Source: Lepidodermella squamata
Taxonomy: Eukaryota; Animalia; Gastrotricha
NCBI GenBank assembly: GCA_047495785.1
Contig: JBLDXI010000013.1
Span: forward strand, 434,001-498,000
Direction: 5' to 3'
Length of the DNA: 64,000 nt
Notes under the pieces: generated by a model
What the model saw: only the letters and a program-made list of their open reading frames with translations
What the model was told of the DNA's origin: nothing
Database searches by the model: none
Translations under genes and position numbers: made by a program
Shown here: positions 50,536 to 62,000 of the stretch, one piece after another
Numbering within the stretch: the first letter of the stretch is position 1
Layout of the letters: each line of letters begins with the position of its first letter

Positions 50536-52365
50536 CTTTCTGCGCCCACTTCAAAAGAGGCTACTAAAAATCGGTGGTATAAGCTCACAGTTTTGCTATA
50601 GGCTGACACCTAGGGAAAAATGAGAATATTTTATTTCTAAAACCTGTAGATTGCCATCGTGTTGTTGTGATAATTATAATTTTGCGGAGTTGTGAACTCG
50701 TAGTAGATGGCAAAAATAAGATTCACACATGCGATGATCGGAAGAGGAAGTTTAACGCGCTTAAATTGCGCTGATAAGTCATTCTTAGCGGCACAGACAA
50801 GAGCCTCTGTCCGAAGAAAAAAGTATAAAAGCTGTTAGATCTCATAACCAAGCGCACGCTTCATTTGAGCTCGTATCTTCTCCATCCATCGCCTCGCTAC
50901 TTCCTGACGCGCCTTCGCCCACTCGAATAGAGTAGGTAATAACTGCTAACAGCTTTTTATGGCGAAGTGTGTATGGCAAATTGAATTTCAAACTCTTGAA
51001 CATACAAATTGATTACTGATTTTAACTTCGTCAAGTTGCGCATAAGGTAATAACGCGATAAAAAAAATATACCTGCCGAAGAAAAGAAAAAACAATTATC
51101 GTTGAAAGCTGTTAGTTTCGCAGCATTGATATTTAATGGGCCGTCGAGTCACCGAGCTATCACGTCAGCATAGAAACGCCTACTCAAAATGGCATTCCCG
51201 TTCTTATTAGCTATAAGGGCTTCTTCCGGGTGGAATTTTTCAATATAATTTTGTATGACCACTCAAAGCCCTAGCTGTAATTGAGAATTACGCGCTGGAT
51301 AAGCCGCCTTTGTGCCGATAAATCGCTTCCGGTAACCTGGCTGGTTTTAGCCTTGATTGGCCAATGAGTTGATCTTGCTTGTAATGAGTTTATCCTGCGA
51401 TTTAAAATCGACTTGTAAATCCTGATGGGATCAAGTTCCTGATTCAAAGACAAAAAAGAATACATAGCTACGCCCGATCGTACGGGTTCCAGAGGCCTCG
51501 AAAAATAAGGATATACGTATCGGCGTTTTGCAAGTATAATTTTCCTGATCAGCAATTTTTTGGCTTTTGGAAGGGCAAACGACTACAAACGTTGTTTTAA
51601 ACCGTATAAGATGCTCACTGATTTGCATATCAGCGATTTTGAACACGCTCAAGTTCACGGCACTTCAGTGCAATTATTCATCACTCCGAAACGTTCCACT
51701 AAAAACTCGTCCTCCGGCAGAAAAGCATATTGATCTGAATGAAAATCTACTGTATACACTCAAAGTTTCCGTCATAGTATCTGGCGACCCTATCGAAAAC
51801 GATTCAATTAATCGCTGTGAGTATCCTGTTCATAATACGTTTGATAGGACGATATGCATACGCTGCATTGCATATAATTTTAAGCATAGGTATATTGAAA
51901 ACATCTGTCATCAACTTGACCTAAAGCGCCATTTTGCACAGCCACGATGGCACCGCCCGCCCACGTTGTGTGCCTTTCGTTGAAATTCAACACACTATAC
52001 GCTGAAGTATCATCATCATCATCACCGCCTGCGCAAGATGAGTAAGTGTACGGCGCGTGGTTGCTGCCAAGAAGAACGCATGGGTGTGGAACTCGATGAC
52101 GTCTAGGTACACGTGTATCGCTGGAGGCAAACGCGTTGCGCATACCTACCTATCTGCGCGCTCTGTATGCGCAACGTGTGGTGTACAAAGAAGACACGTG
52201 TTTGAAAACATTTGCAATGTTATTGAAATTTTTCTGAAGCCTACGCCGCTCACGTTCACTCGTTGTTATCACTCGTTTGAAGCGACGCCTTGTCGATAAA
52301 GACAACAACTCATCGTTTTAGTAAACACATTACTGCTAGAATAACCGGAATCGAGCTAAAAAATC

Positions 52366-53962
52366 ATGACTACAGCCGGTGTTCGATTTCTACTCGTATC
52401 ATTTATTGCAATTATCCAAGTTTCAGCTCAAACAAAGAAAAGTAAATTTCAATCAACATGTTTCAATTCGTTTTAAAAATATCCAAATTCACCTCCCAGA
52501 TCTCTGCTCGCTGAAGCCAGACCCAGGACCATGTTCTGGCGTTTCGATGCAGTATTACTACAGCTCTTCAAAGCGCCAGTGCATACAATTCTTCTACGGT
52601 GGATGTTTAGGCAATGGCAATCGATTCGACTCAAAGGCCCGATGCGAAGCCGTTTGCATGCCGCCGAAGATCGATGTAGAAGAACCTGAGTTTTATGAAA
52701 AATCGGCTTTCGCTGACGTTGTAGCAAACGTGGATGCTTATCAATCGTTGTCAAGTAAGTACATTTCGATTGTCAATTCTATATTGGGGGAAATTTGTTA
52801 CTCAATCAACAGGTTGTACTGCGCCAAGTAACTACTTGTCGACAACATCTTCCCAATATTGGATGCGAAGTTCGTTCTTCCACGTTTTTCGACAGCTGAA
52901 GGTCCCGTGCAATGGCGTTGTGGTCAAATGGCAGGCGATCTCACGCGTTAACCAACTAGACGGCCTTTACTTGACCATCTGGCGGCCGTTGCCAACTAAC
53001 AAACTGATGTTTAAAATGGTCGGCATGACAAAGGTGACGAAGCTAGCCGTTACTCCTAACGTCTGGACTGATATTCCGGTCAAAGATCGCTTCCCAGTTT
53101 CGGCGGGTGATGTTGTCGGATTTTTCTACGACAGTTGGCTGACAACCGATGCGTCAACTTCTATTCCGTTGATGCCGGGCAGCAACAATTACGATCCATC
53201 GACCGGATTCGTTTCAGATGAAGCTTACGTTACTCAGCTCCAAGCTTCGGACATAGTCAATTCGACTAGTGGTAAATTAGCCTATTATCCCTTTTTGCTG
53301 ACTATAAAATGTCATCCTTTTTAAGGAACTGTCGACCTAAGTGGAGCTGTCAAGGTATCACGAAAGCCAGCTCTGGCCGTTTTCGTCGATCCGACATCAT
53401 CAGACTCGCCAGCTCCGACCCAGAGTCCCAATACCGTCACAAATAACACGCCGAGAAATACCAACCCTAATACCTTGCCGACCATCTTTAGTCGTGGCAC
53501 TACCAGCCCAATCAACAACAACAATAACAATAACAACGGGAAGAATGAAAGTAAGATACGGCGATAAAATCAAATTCTCATCCAGTTTGACCTACACTGA
53601 ACTGTTTTAAAATAGATTGTCTCGATTCGTTCCGAATGGCTGGGGCGTGCAACTACGACATCAATGCCTTTAAAACTAGATGTGAGATTTGAAATTCGTT
53701 GTTTCTCCTTACAATTTGTTGCCTCTGCTTTTAGGGTACTTTGATCAACCAGACGGCCGTTGTGAAATGTTCTGGTATTACCCGGATTGTGTTAGCTCTT
53801 CAAATATTTTCCAAACAAAGTGAGTTTACAAACAACCAATGCAAATGTCGAATTTATTTGTTCAAATTATACTCGCGCAGGGAAATCTGCGAAATGAACT
53901 GTCGGGCATATTTCAATGTTTCCTACCACCTGGATGAAAGCAAATGGAAACAGCAATATTAG
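52366..53962 (+). CDS. Secreted cluster paralog D: signal peptide - canonical Kunitz - domain X - Thr/Asn/Pro linker - atypical Kunitz (exons 52366-52441, 52500-52754, 52813-53271, 53326-53550, 53616-53681, 53735-53819, 53881-53962)
   Basis: MTTAGVRFLLVSFIAIIQVSA signal peptide; Kunitz CSLKPDPGPCSG...FFYGGCLGNGNRF; VPCNGVVVKWQA...GLYLTIWRP...MVGMT...FPVSAGDVVGFFYDSW. All six introns are GT-AG and in frame. Confidence 0.88.
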
Positions 53963-55184
53963 GCTTGTTTTAAATGTGGCGAGAGTTTGGCAATCTGCAG
54001 AAATCAATCATATTAATCCAGTCTCATTGTTGAAAGTTGAATCCTGTGTGTATAATATTGTGTCAATGATGATATTGAATTCATACCGAGAATTTGTCAG
54101 TTTGAATAATAAAAAAGGAACAAGTCGCCAGGAGAAGTCCATTTTCAAGTTCACTTCAGCATGCGATGTGGTTTGCGTTTTCGACTTATTTCAGGTTTAT
54201 GACAAGAGATCGTATTTGCTTTTACTGGCCGCGCAGAAAAATGTCTTTTAAACAAACAGAACAGGAAAAAATAACTTGAATTCGCGCAACTTGTTAGCTC
54301 ATTGTTTATTTAAAATTTAAAACTTCCTGAGCGGCCGAGTGAGCGCCGACTATGTGCGTGAGCCAACAATCGCTATTTGTTGTTTGTTATTTTAGAGCCA
54401 ACAGCACGATAATCGGCTGCCGCACCATTGCGAAAAACGTAATTTAAATGTTTTGGGACTGTGAAAAATCTTGGTTCAACACTGGCCGATTCCAGGCCGT
54501 GTTTTTGAAGTGTCTCCTAGGCGCGCGCTTGTTATTTTGATTATTTTCATTTCACACTGGCGTTACTGTAGAAAGGTTATTAAAAATTGAGCGCAGCGCC
54601 AAAAATGAGAGAAAACCACCATGTTAACAACAGACAACAGCTTTTCCGCTGCTCGCACGTCCCTTGAAAAATCGGCGGTAGCATTTTTAATACAATTTTT
54701 GTAATATAATTACCACCGCCGCTCGCCGTCAAAGTACAAACGGCGGGCCGACAATAATTGCGCGAATGTTATACTTAACACGTGGCTTTTCATTTGCCAT
54801 TGAAGCCCGATACTGGTATTATACTGCCACCGAGTTCCTGCCTTGCGTGTGCTTCGCGACACTAGCTCAACGTATTGTTGTTTTTTATTTGAACAACTGT
54901 CTCATTACGCAGGTGCGTAACAACAATTGACGTAACTGAGTTACATGTTTTTAACGAGCGCCTATACGTTTCAAGTTAATTACCTACTCGCTTCGAAATT
55001 GAAGTTTGTTTACTTTGCGCGACGTGCATAGAGCTATTGCACAGCAATTCTTGGTGAGAGAATCGTCGCAGTCTTACCGAAAACAATGAATACCCGCGCA
55101 TTTTTTTCGCACTATGAACTTCTTTAGAAATTTTTAACATCTGATTTGTCTCAGGAATTTTATCGAAATATCTTAACAACAATC

Positions 55185-56534
55185 ATGTCATTACTCGCCG
55201 CCCTAAGAATATTACTCTTCGTCTGTGCCACTGTTAACATCATCAATGGCCAGAGTAAGCTAGTTAGCTTTTCAATATCAACATGAAGATTACATTTAAT
55301 TCTTTAAAGATTCCTGCGTTGTACCATCGCCGCTTGAAGATCAATCTCTGTTTACCCTGCGAAGGTAACTACTTGAAGTTGGGATATATAAATTATTCAG
55401 ATTTATCAACATTTTATAGCTCTTTGCTGCAAGTTTACACATCGCTAACGATACCATGTAACGGGTCAGTGGTATCGTGGCAATTCGTTCCACGGGTTGC
55501 ACAGATATCCGACTTGTATCTAGCGGTGTTTCGCCAAATGAAGCAGAGCTTGCCCTACTTCACAATGGTGGGCTACACGAAGGTGCAAAGCTTTACAGCT
55601 CCTTACGTCAACAAATGGGTCAGATTTCCGGTAGCAAACCCGTTCGACGTCGCGAAAGGCGATGTTCTAGCGATTTTTTACGACAACTGGCAAGTTCTCG
55701 ACGCTGGCGCTTCTATTCCAGTAACCATGCCGCCACTTGGTGGGTTGACTTACGTTGCTAGACATGACTTCAACTCCATCAATCGCGAGATCACTTCGAA
55801 CAGCCAAGGGATACTGGATTTGACCTTAGCCGAAAAAACGATACGGCTAGCTGCTGTTCAAGCCGAAGTTTACAACGGAGCAACTACAACTTCAACTTCA
55901 ACGACAACTACAACAGCTTCAACAACGACAACGACAACGGCCTCTACAGCGACTACGACGACACCACGTTCGACGGCTTCAACGACAACTACGAGAACAT
56001 CCTCGTCGACTACGACGAGGCCCACGACAAGCCGGACGACGGCAACCCAGTCAACTACGACGTTCATTACGCCATCGCCTCCTGACTACAACGGCAACTG
56101 GGACTACAACGAATTCACGGAACCTTCGACCACCCCGACGACGCGACGAACATCGACCAGGACAACAACGGAGCCTGCAGCGTACACTACCACGCCAGCT
56201 TACATGCGTATTTCTGAACAGATTTCATGATTCTATGCGTTATTTCCTGCGTTAAATATTAGGCTGCCGACAGAGTGTTCAGTCGATGAATGCCTGTAAA
56301 ATTATGTACTACGAAGAGAAATGGTTCTTCCGACCCGAAATCGGCGGCTGTCAACTCATATGGTGGTTTCCTTACTGCATGCAGGATAATGGCAACCTCT
56401 TCCAATCACGGTAAGTTTCTTTGAAATATTATTCAACTTCGCTATTTTTGCAACATGATTTTAGCGAGGAGTGTGAACTAATTTGCGCTCGTTACTTGAC
56501 TTACAAGCCGATGGCAAGATTGCGATTTCACTGA
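55185..56534 (+). CDS. Secreted cluster paralog E: signal peptide - domain X - Thr-rich mucin stalk - atypical Kunitz (exons 55185-55254, 55310-55364, 55420-56207, 56263-56410, 56465-56534)
   Basis: MSLLAALRILLFVCATVNIING signal peptide; SCVVPS...IPCNGSVVSWQF...LYLAVFRQ...MVGYT...FDVAKGDVLAIFYDNW. C-terminal CRQSVQSMNAC...KWFF...CQLIWWFPYC...NLFQSREECELIC. Confidence 0.88.
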
Positions 56535-56834
56535 TCAACATAACATGAGTGATTTTCGAAACAATCTGTATCATATGAGATCAAGATTTTTCTAATTTTA
56601 ACAAATTTATTTCACTAAAAAATCAGTTGAAACCAATATTGGTGTAACTGAGATGTTACGCGCATAAATATTTACGGACTTTGATATTGTTCAAACCTTC
56701 TTGTAGTCAGCTCGATCATTGCAGATGACATTTTAATTTCGAAAAATTCTTAAAATTCGCACTTTTATTTTGTTTGCCTTTGCCGTTGTGAGAAAGTGTG
56801 AAAAATAATAAAAATAACGAGAAAGAGTCAGCAT

Positions 56835-59080
56835 TCACCATTTTTCTTCATCCGCCGCCTTTCGTCTCACATTTTTCGCCGCGACCTTTGAAGATTGGGA
56901 TGAAGTTGTCGAAATTGTGCTGCTACGGCGACTAGCTGATGATTTTCCGCTACTAACCGAAAACCCTCTGCCGTATGCATCCAGTTCGTCGTTCAAGGCT
57001 TTTATTGCAGGTGAAGTAATGGCTTTCGGCTTCTTTTCCGACTTCTTTTCGTACAAAGCTACGACGTCCAAAATGCGAACTTGGGCATGGCGGATGAACA
57101 TTTTTCTTTCAACGGAATCCTGTTATAAAATGCCGGTTTTTTTGCTCAGTCAAATTCGGCGGCATCACAACTTACATGAAAAATTTCAATCGTTACTTCA
57201 CACTCTTCGTTGGCAGCAGAAAGACGTAACATCTCACCGTCGCTGTAGTCGTATGTTTTATTTGAAATCGGATTCAAGCTGCCGATTGAGCTGTTTTATG
57301 TAAAACTGTTAAAACCTGCGGCTCATAATTAAAATTGCTAACCTGAAAATCTGAATCGGCGCATTAGTGGTATCCAAAAGCACAAAGTCAATAAAGCAGG
57401 TATTCTATCACGAGTTTAGTTGTCTATAAGTTGAAGTTTCAAACTCTGGAATGAATACCTTGAGCCTTCCTTTAAATAGCTCGGTTTTCCATAGAAAATC
57501 AAGCGATTCTTTGTGAATTGTCCATGACGAGTTTGGCAAATCGCGATCGATAACAATCAAAGTAGCAGACGATCCTGGTAACAGCCAAAGTTTCAGAATG
57601 ACAAACCTAACTTAATCAACTCGCCTTCTTGAAATACTCTAGGATTCGTTCTTTCCGTCCAAAACGATTCGCGAGAGTTTCGGAGCTCGAAAAAGCAGAA
57701 AAATCTGGATATTTCTGAGTAAAAAATTGAGTAGACGCAACAGGTCGAAAGTCACGTCAAGAACTCACCGCACGCCAGAGAATCAATTGAAGTATCGATG
57801 GGTTTTAGCGGCTTGGGCAAAGAAAATTTCCTGTAATTTTAGAAGAAGTAACGATTACTCGGCTGTCAACAGCAAAAGTATCATTTGCAACTTTTTCCCT
57901 TCGCCAGAAAGACACCGCTCGACCAAATGGTGGGTGGGAATGGTAACAACAACAAAAGCTATGTTGCCGGATTCCAGTTTTGGCATCTGAAATAAGGTGG
58001 ATAATAGGTTAATTTAAAACGTATACCGAGAAACGCTTCTTACCTCAGCTGAAATCCCTTTTGACGTGGTAGCATTATTCCAGAACGCCACCGCAAAACT
58101 GTCGGTTATTTTGAACATTGTTATCAGCTCATCCCTGCCAATAATTGCGGTCGGCAAAATATTTCGCTTGGAAAATGGAATTTCAAGTATATTTGCTTCG
58201 GTGCATGGCCTGTGATCACTCAACTTTAAAAAGTAATCCGCAAGGCGGTATCTTATACAAACCAAGAACTAGTTGAAAAAACTGGTGTATTGACTTTGAT
58301 TGCGACAGAGACTATTTCCTCCAATGACAAGGTCGGTTCGACGTTTGAACTGTAACAAAAAAACGTAATCCGGCGCCTACAAAATTCTCTTCTTGATTAC
58401 AATCGGAGTATTAAAGCTGCTCTGAACGGGAAAATATCGTCACTGTTGCATATGCTGCATTTTCCGTCCTTTCGAAACCAAGAGAGCTGAAATTTAGGAT
58501 TAGATTTCCTATTTTGAAATGATGGTTAAACAGCTCAATTATCTTGGGAGAAGAGCTCACTCAATGAATTCTTTGATCGTACCCACCGTTCCGCTAAGCC
58601 CGTCAATTTTTCGACGAATCTTGCTGAATAAAGTATTCCGCTTAGAAGTTGCGCTGAAAAAGTACAGTGTAACTGTCAGCTTAAGCTGCAAAAAAAACGA
58701 GTTAACTTACGCGATTCTTGTCAAGGTTTTTAGAGTTTCCAAGTCATTCACGTTGTCGGAAATTTTGCCGCAATATTGGCGCAGCGATATCAACAACCGC
58801 CTGCGGCGCAAAAAAATATTATGGAAAATAAGTTGATGTGTGAAGCGTCTTGCTTGTCACGAGCTGCATTCCTCCAACTCCTGCATACCTCGGACACCGC
58901 AAGCAGAGCAGGAGCGTCAAGAAAGCTGAAAATTTCAAACAGTACATCTCTCGGCAGCCTATAGAATTCAGTGTAAAAGAAACGGAAACCTCAATTATCT
59001 CTGGTAACTTACTCTTCGCAGCTGATACTTGCGTTCACAATTTTACGACCATTTGCTCTTCTCATTATCAAATCAACCAT
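56835..59080 (-). CDS. FBXO15: F-box protein, FBXO15-like (many short exons; start codon uncertain)
   Basis: F-box ELPRDVLFEIFSFLDAPALLAVSEVCRSWRNAA (58958-58854). Downstream exons give IIGRDELITMFKITDSFAVAFW and NIAFVVVTIPTHHLVERCLSG, which I recognise as FBXO15-type (IGCDRLIRIF...LAFVMANLHFHHLVERSTLG). Mostly missed by the ORF track because the exons are short. Confidence 0.78.
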
Positions 59081-62000
59081 GCATCACTTCAATTAAACCA
59101 ACCAAGAATTAACAAATCGAGTTCCTATTGTTGTCATGAGGTAAATCACATGTTTTCAAATGGACATCAGAGAGAAATCAACGTTAACTAAAAATGTTTA
59201 CATGTCACATGAAATAAGCACCACATGTTCTACTGCTGTGCTCACCATAGAAACCCTAAGAATGGCAAGTTACATAGTAGAAGTCACTATAAGCCACAAA
59301 GTAGAGCCAGGTTTAGAGAACAGTTTTCAATTTATCCAACTGGGTTTAAATTGACATGAAGACAAAGACTTTGAGGTCGCTAGGCTCAATATATAAGTTA
59401 TATGCTTAACTAATTACCTATGATTCCTGCCTCGCCTCCACGCTATTTTCCTAATTTTGAAAGTACCCTGCATGCTACATGATATATCTAGACCTATTAC
59501 TGGAAGCTTCTGATTCGCTGACAGTAGAATTAAAAGTTAACAGAAGCGCATACCGAAGATTTTTCTGTTTGTTGAAGATTTTTCGAAGACAGCATTGGTG
59601 AAAAAGCATTTCCAAACTAAGGTCACTTTGAATGAGTCGCATTCAGCCTTATTCCGTGCGACTGATTGCAACGAGCAACGACGCCTCTATTATCTATTAT
59701 TCAGATGTCAGATGACATTCTTCAACGATAACAATTCGAACGAATCAATTTCCCGACGGCTCAAGCTATCACGAACAGGTGAAACTAGTGATAAATCGCG
59801 AGCTGAAGCAATTAAAAATTTGTGTCTGGTTTACCAACTACGCACTCCGTAGTCCTACTCCGGTATTCCAGTTACTACAAGCGCAACGTTCACTTGTCAA
59901 CTCTAGTTTGGCGATGCTTAAAAGGTGATGCTCCGGAATATGCGACATCTTTTCGAGTAAAATCTTCGATCCCAGCCAACTGATGACTCGCAACGTTTTC
60001 CCTCAAACTCTAGCTATTCCTCTCTGCGATCGCAGCATGGCCAGGAAACCTAACCCCCACGGCCCAGGCAGTTGTACAACCGAGGAAGCTTTTCCACTCA
60101 CTTGGCGAAGTCTATAAACGAGCAAGACAGCTAACGAAAGACTGATTTTGAAAATAAATTATAAGAATACATCGAGTTGATACAAAAATGCAAGATGAAA
60201 AGATGGAAAACTAATTTAGCTTGACACAGAGCACGTAGTAATCGATTGTTTATGTTACGCGCCCAATGGCTGAGCTGAGCTTCTTTTTCTTGCCCTCGCT
60301 ATTCGCCTCAGTTATGGTGCTGAGTCGCAAATAGTTTCTCTGCCCTCAGATTTAGGTAGTAGATCGCTCGAAGAAACTTAGAGGAGCTGCAGTCAGTGGT
60401 TTTGGGTCGCAGCTGAAAGCATGGGTCACCACCGGGAAAAGCGCGCGGTTGCAAGGGACGCCATAAAAAATATTTATGAAAATATGTTTAAATATTTAAA
60501 AAAACGATATCTCGAAAATGTTGATATATATCTGTCATAAACATGAAGCGATTGCTATTTTTCCGTTTTTTGGTTTTTTTCGATTTGCGATTAAATCCGC
60601 TGTTTGATGATCGCTGATCGCTGATAGCAGTTTCGTTGAGTGATCTTCTTCCGAAAAGCTGAGAATAGAGAAAGTATTTACTATGTCCCATACTTTTTTT
60701 TTGCTTTTCAAGCCATGTACGTCAGCTCTACAATTTACTGTTCGACGTGCTATTCATCGTCGCACGCTGGAATTTCAAATGATAACGCTGACTTCTCAGG
60801 ATTTTAAGCAAAGCAGCGAGCAGTCTATTTTGTTAGCTTTATTATGGTACTGCAACACATTTTATTGAAGTTCCTGAAGCCTGATTTTTACCACCAGCTT
60901 CCAGCTTTGCGCTTTAACTGCGAACTGCAGACTTGCTCTTCGTTATGTGCAGAGGAACGTCCGTGGGCATTTCTGAATGATTCTTGAGAACGTCTCAATA
61001 TTCGGAATTCTTTGAACAAGGCTAAGAGCTATCATGCTCCATCTTGCTATTATGTTTCAAATGCTGGAAGTATAGATCAGCCTCGGATTTTCGTGAAACG
61101 TTCCGACCTAGTGGAATGTACCGACTGTCGACCGGCATTTGAGCCGGCATTCGTGTTTCCACTGATTTCATTGACGTATTGTGCTAATTAACATGATCTG
61201 TGAAGTATCGACGTGGTATTAGCAATATTGCTGTTACAAGCTGATTACCGGACCTTTAGACCTGAGCGATTTTTGCTCATGATACGGGAATTTACGTTTG
61301 ACATCCTTTATTTACCCTGCCGGTCATCATGCAGAGTTGTCGTCGATTTTACGTAAAAAGAAGCCCATATTGGGGAGAATACTTTTCCTGGCTTACTTGA
61401 GATATTTTTGGAGAATGTTTTCTCGCTATCGTCACCGTTAAGCGCATTAATTAAACATACACCCCTGGCCTTGAATTCTCTCTCTTTTAAAATTTTAGTT
61501 TTATACGCAACGCTTAACTGATGTGTACACTAGGACTACTTCATATGAAATGCGTCACTGATCACTGATATATGACGACAAAATCAGTCAACTGTCTTAG
61601 ATTGTGTCCACTGACTGATCATGACTGTCGCAATATGACAAGGTTTTTATTTGTGGTCCTCAAAATGCCTTAGCTGGCTCATGGAATGTCGGCGACGGGT
61701 GATCGGCGACGGGGCTAGTCTGATTTCTCCGTTCCGAAGAGGCTGATATTGTCGAAAAATTCGTAATTCTCACTAGTATAGCAAAGAATCTGTCTTTACC
61801 CCGTTGCATAGCATAAAGTCGACCGATTCCCAGCTTGTAATTTTGAAAATTTCCTTTCGATGTTTGTTAAGAGTGGCCCACCTTCATTATAAAATAAATG
61901 CCTTCTCCTGCATTATTCCTAATTTACGTAGAGCCCTCTCCTAACACAATCGTTCCAAATCATGACTTACGATTTTCGCATTTATTTGTCAGTGTTGCTA

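Noticed and set aside
46093-54784. CACGTG E-boxes upstream of cluster genes C, D and E as a shared regulatory code
   Set aside because: The hexamer also occurs repeatedly elsewhere (e.g. around the KCC 5' end) and is absent near gene B; enrichment is not evident.
40886-56534. Interpreting the cluster as one papilin-like giant multi-Kunitz gene
   Set aside because: Each unit has its own leader exon and in-frame stop, and an antisense gene lies between C and D.
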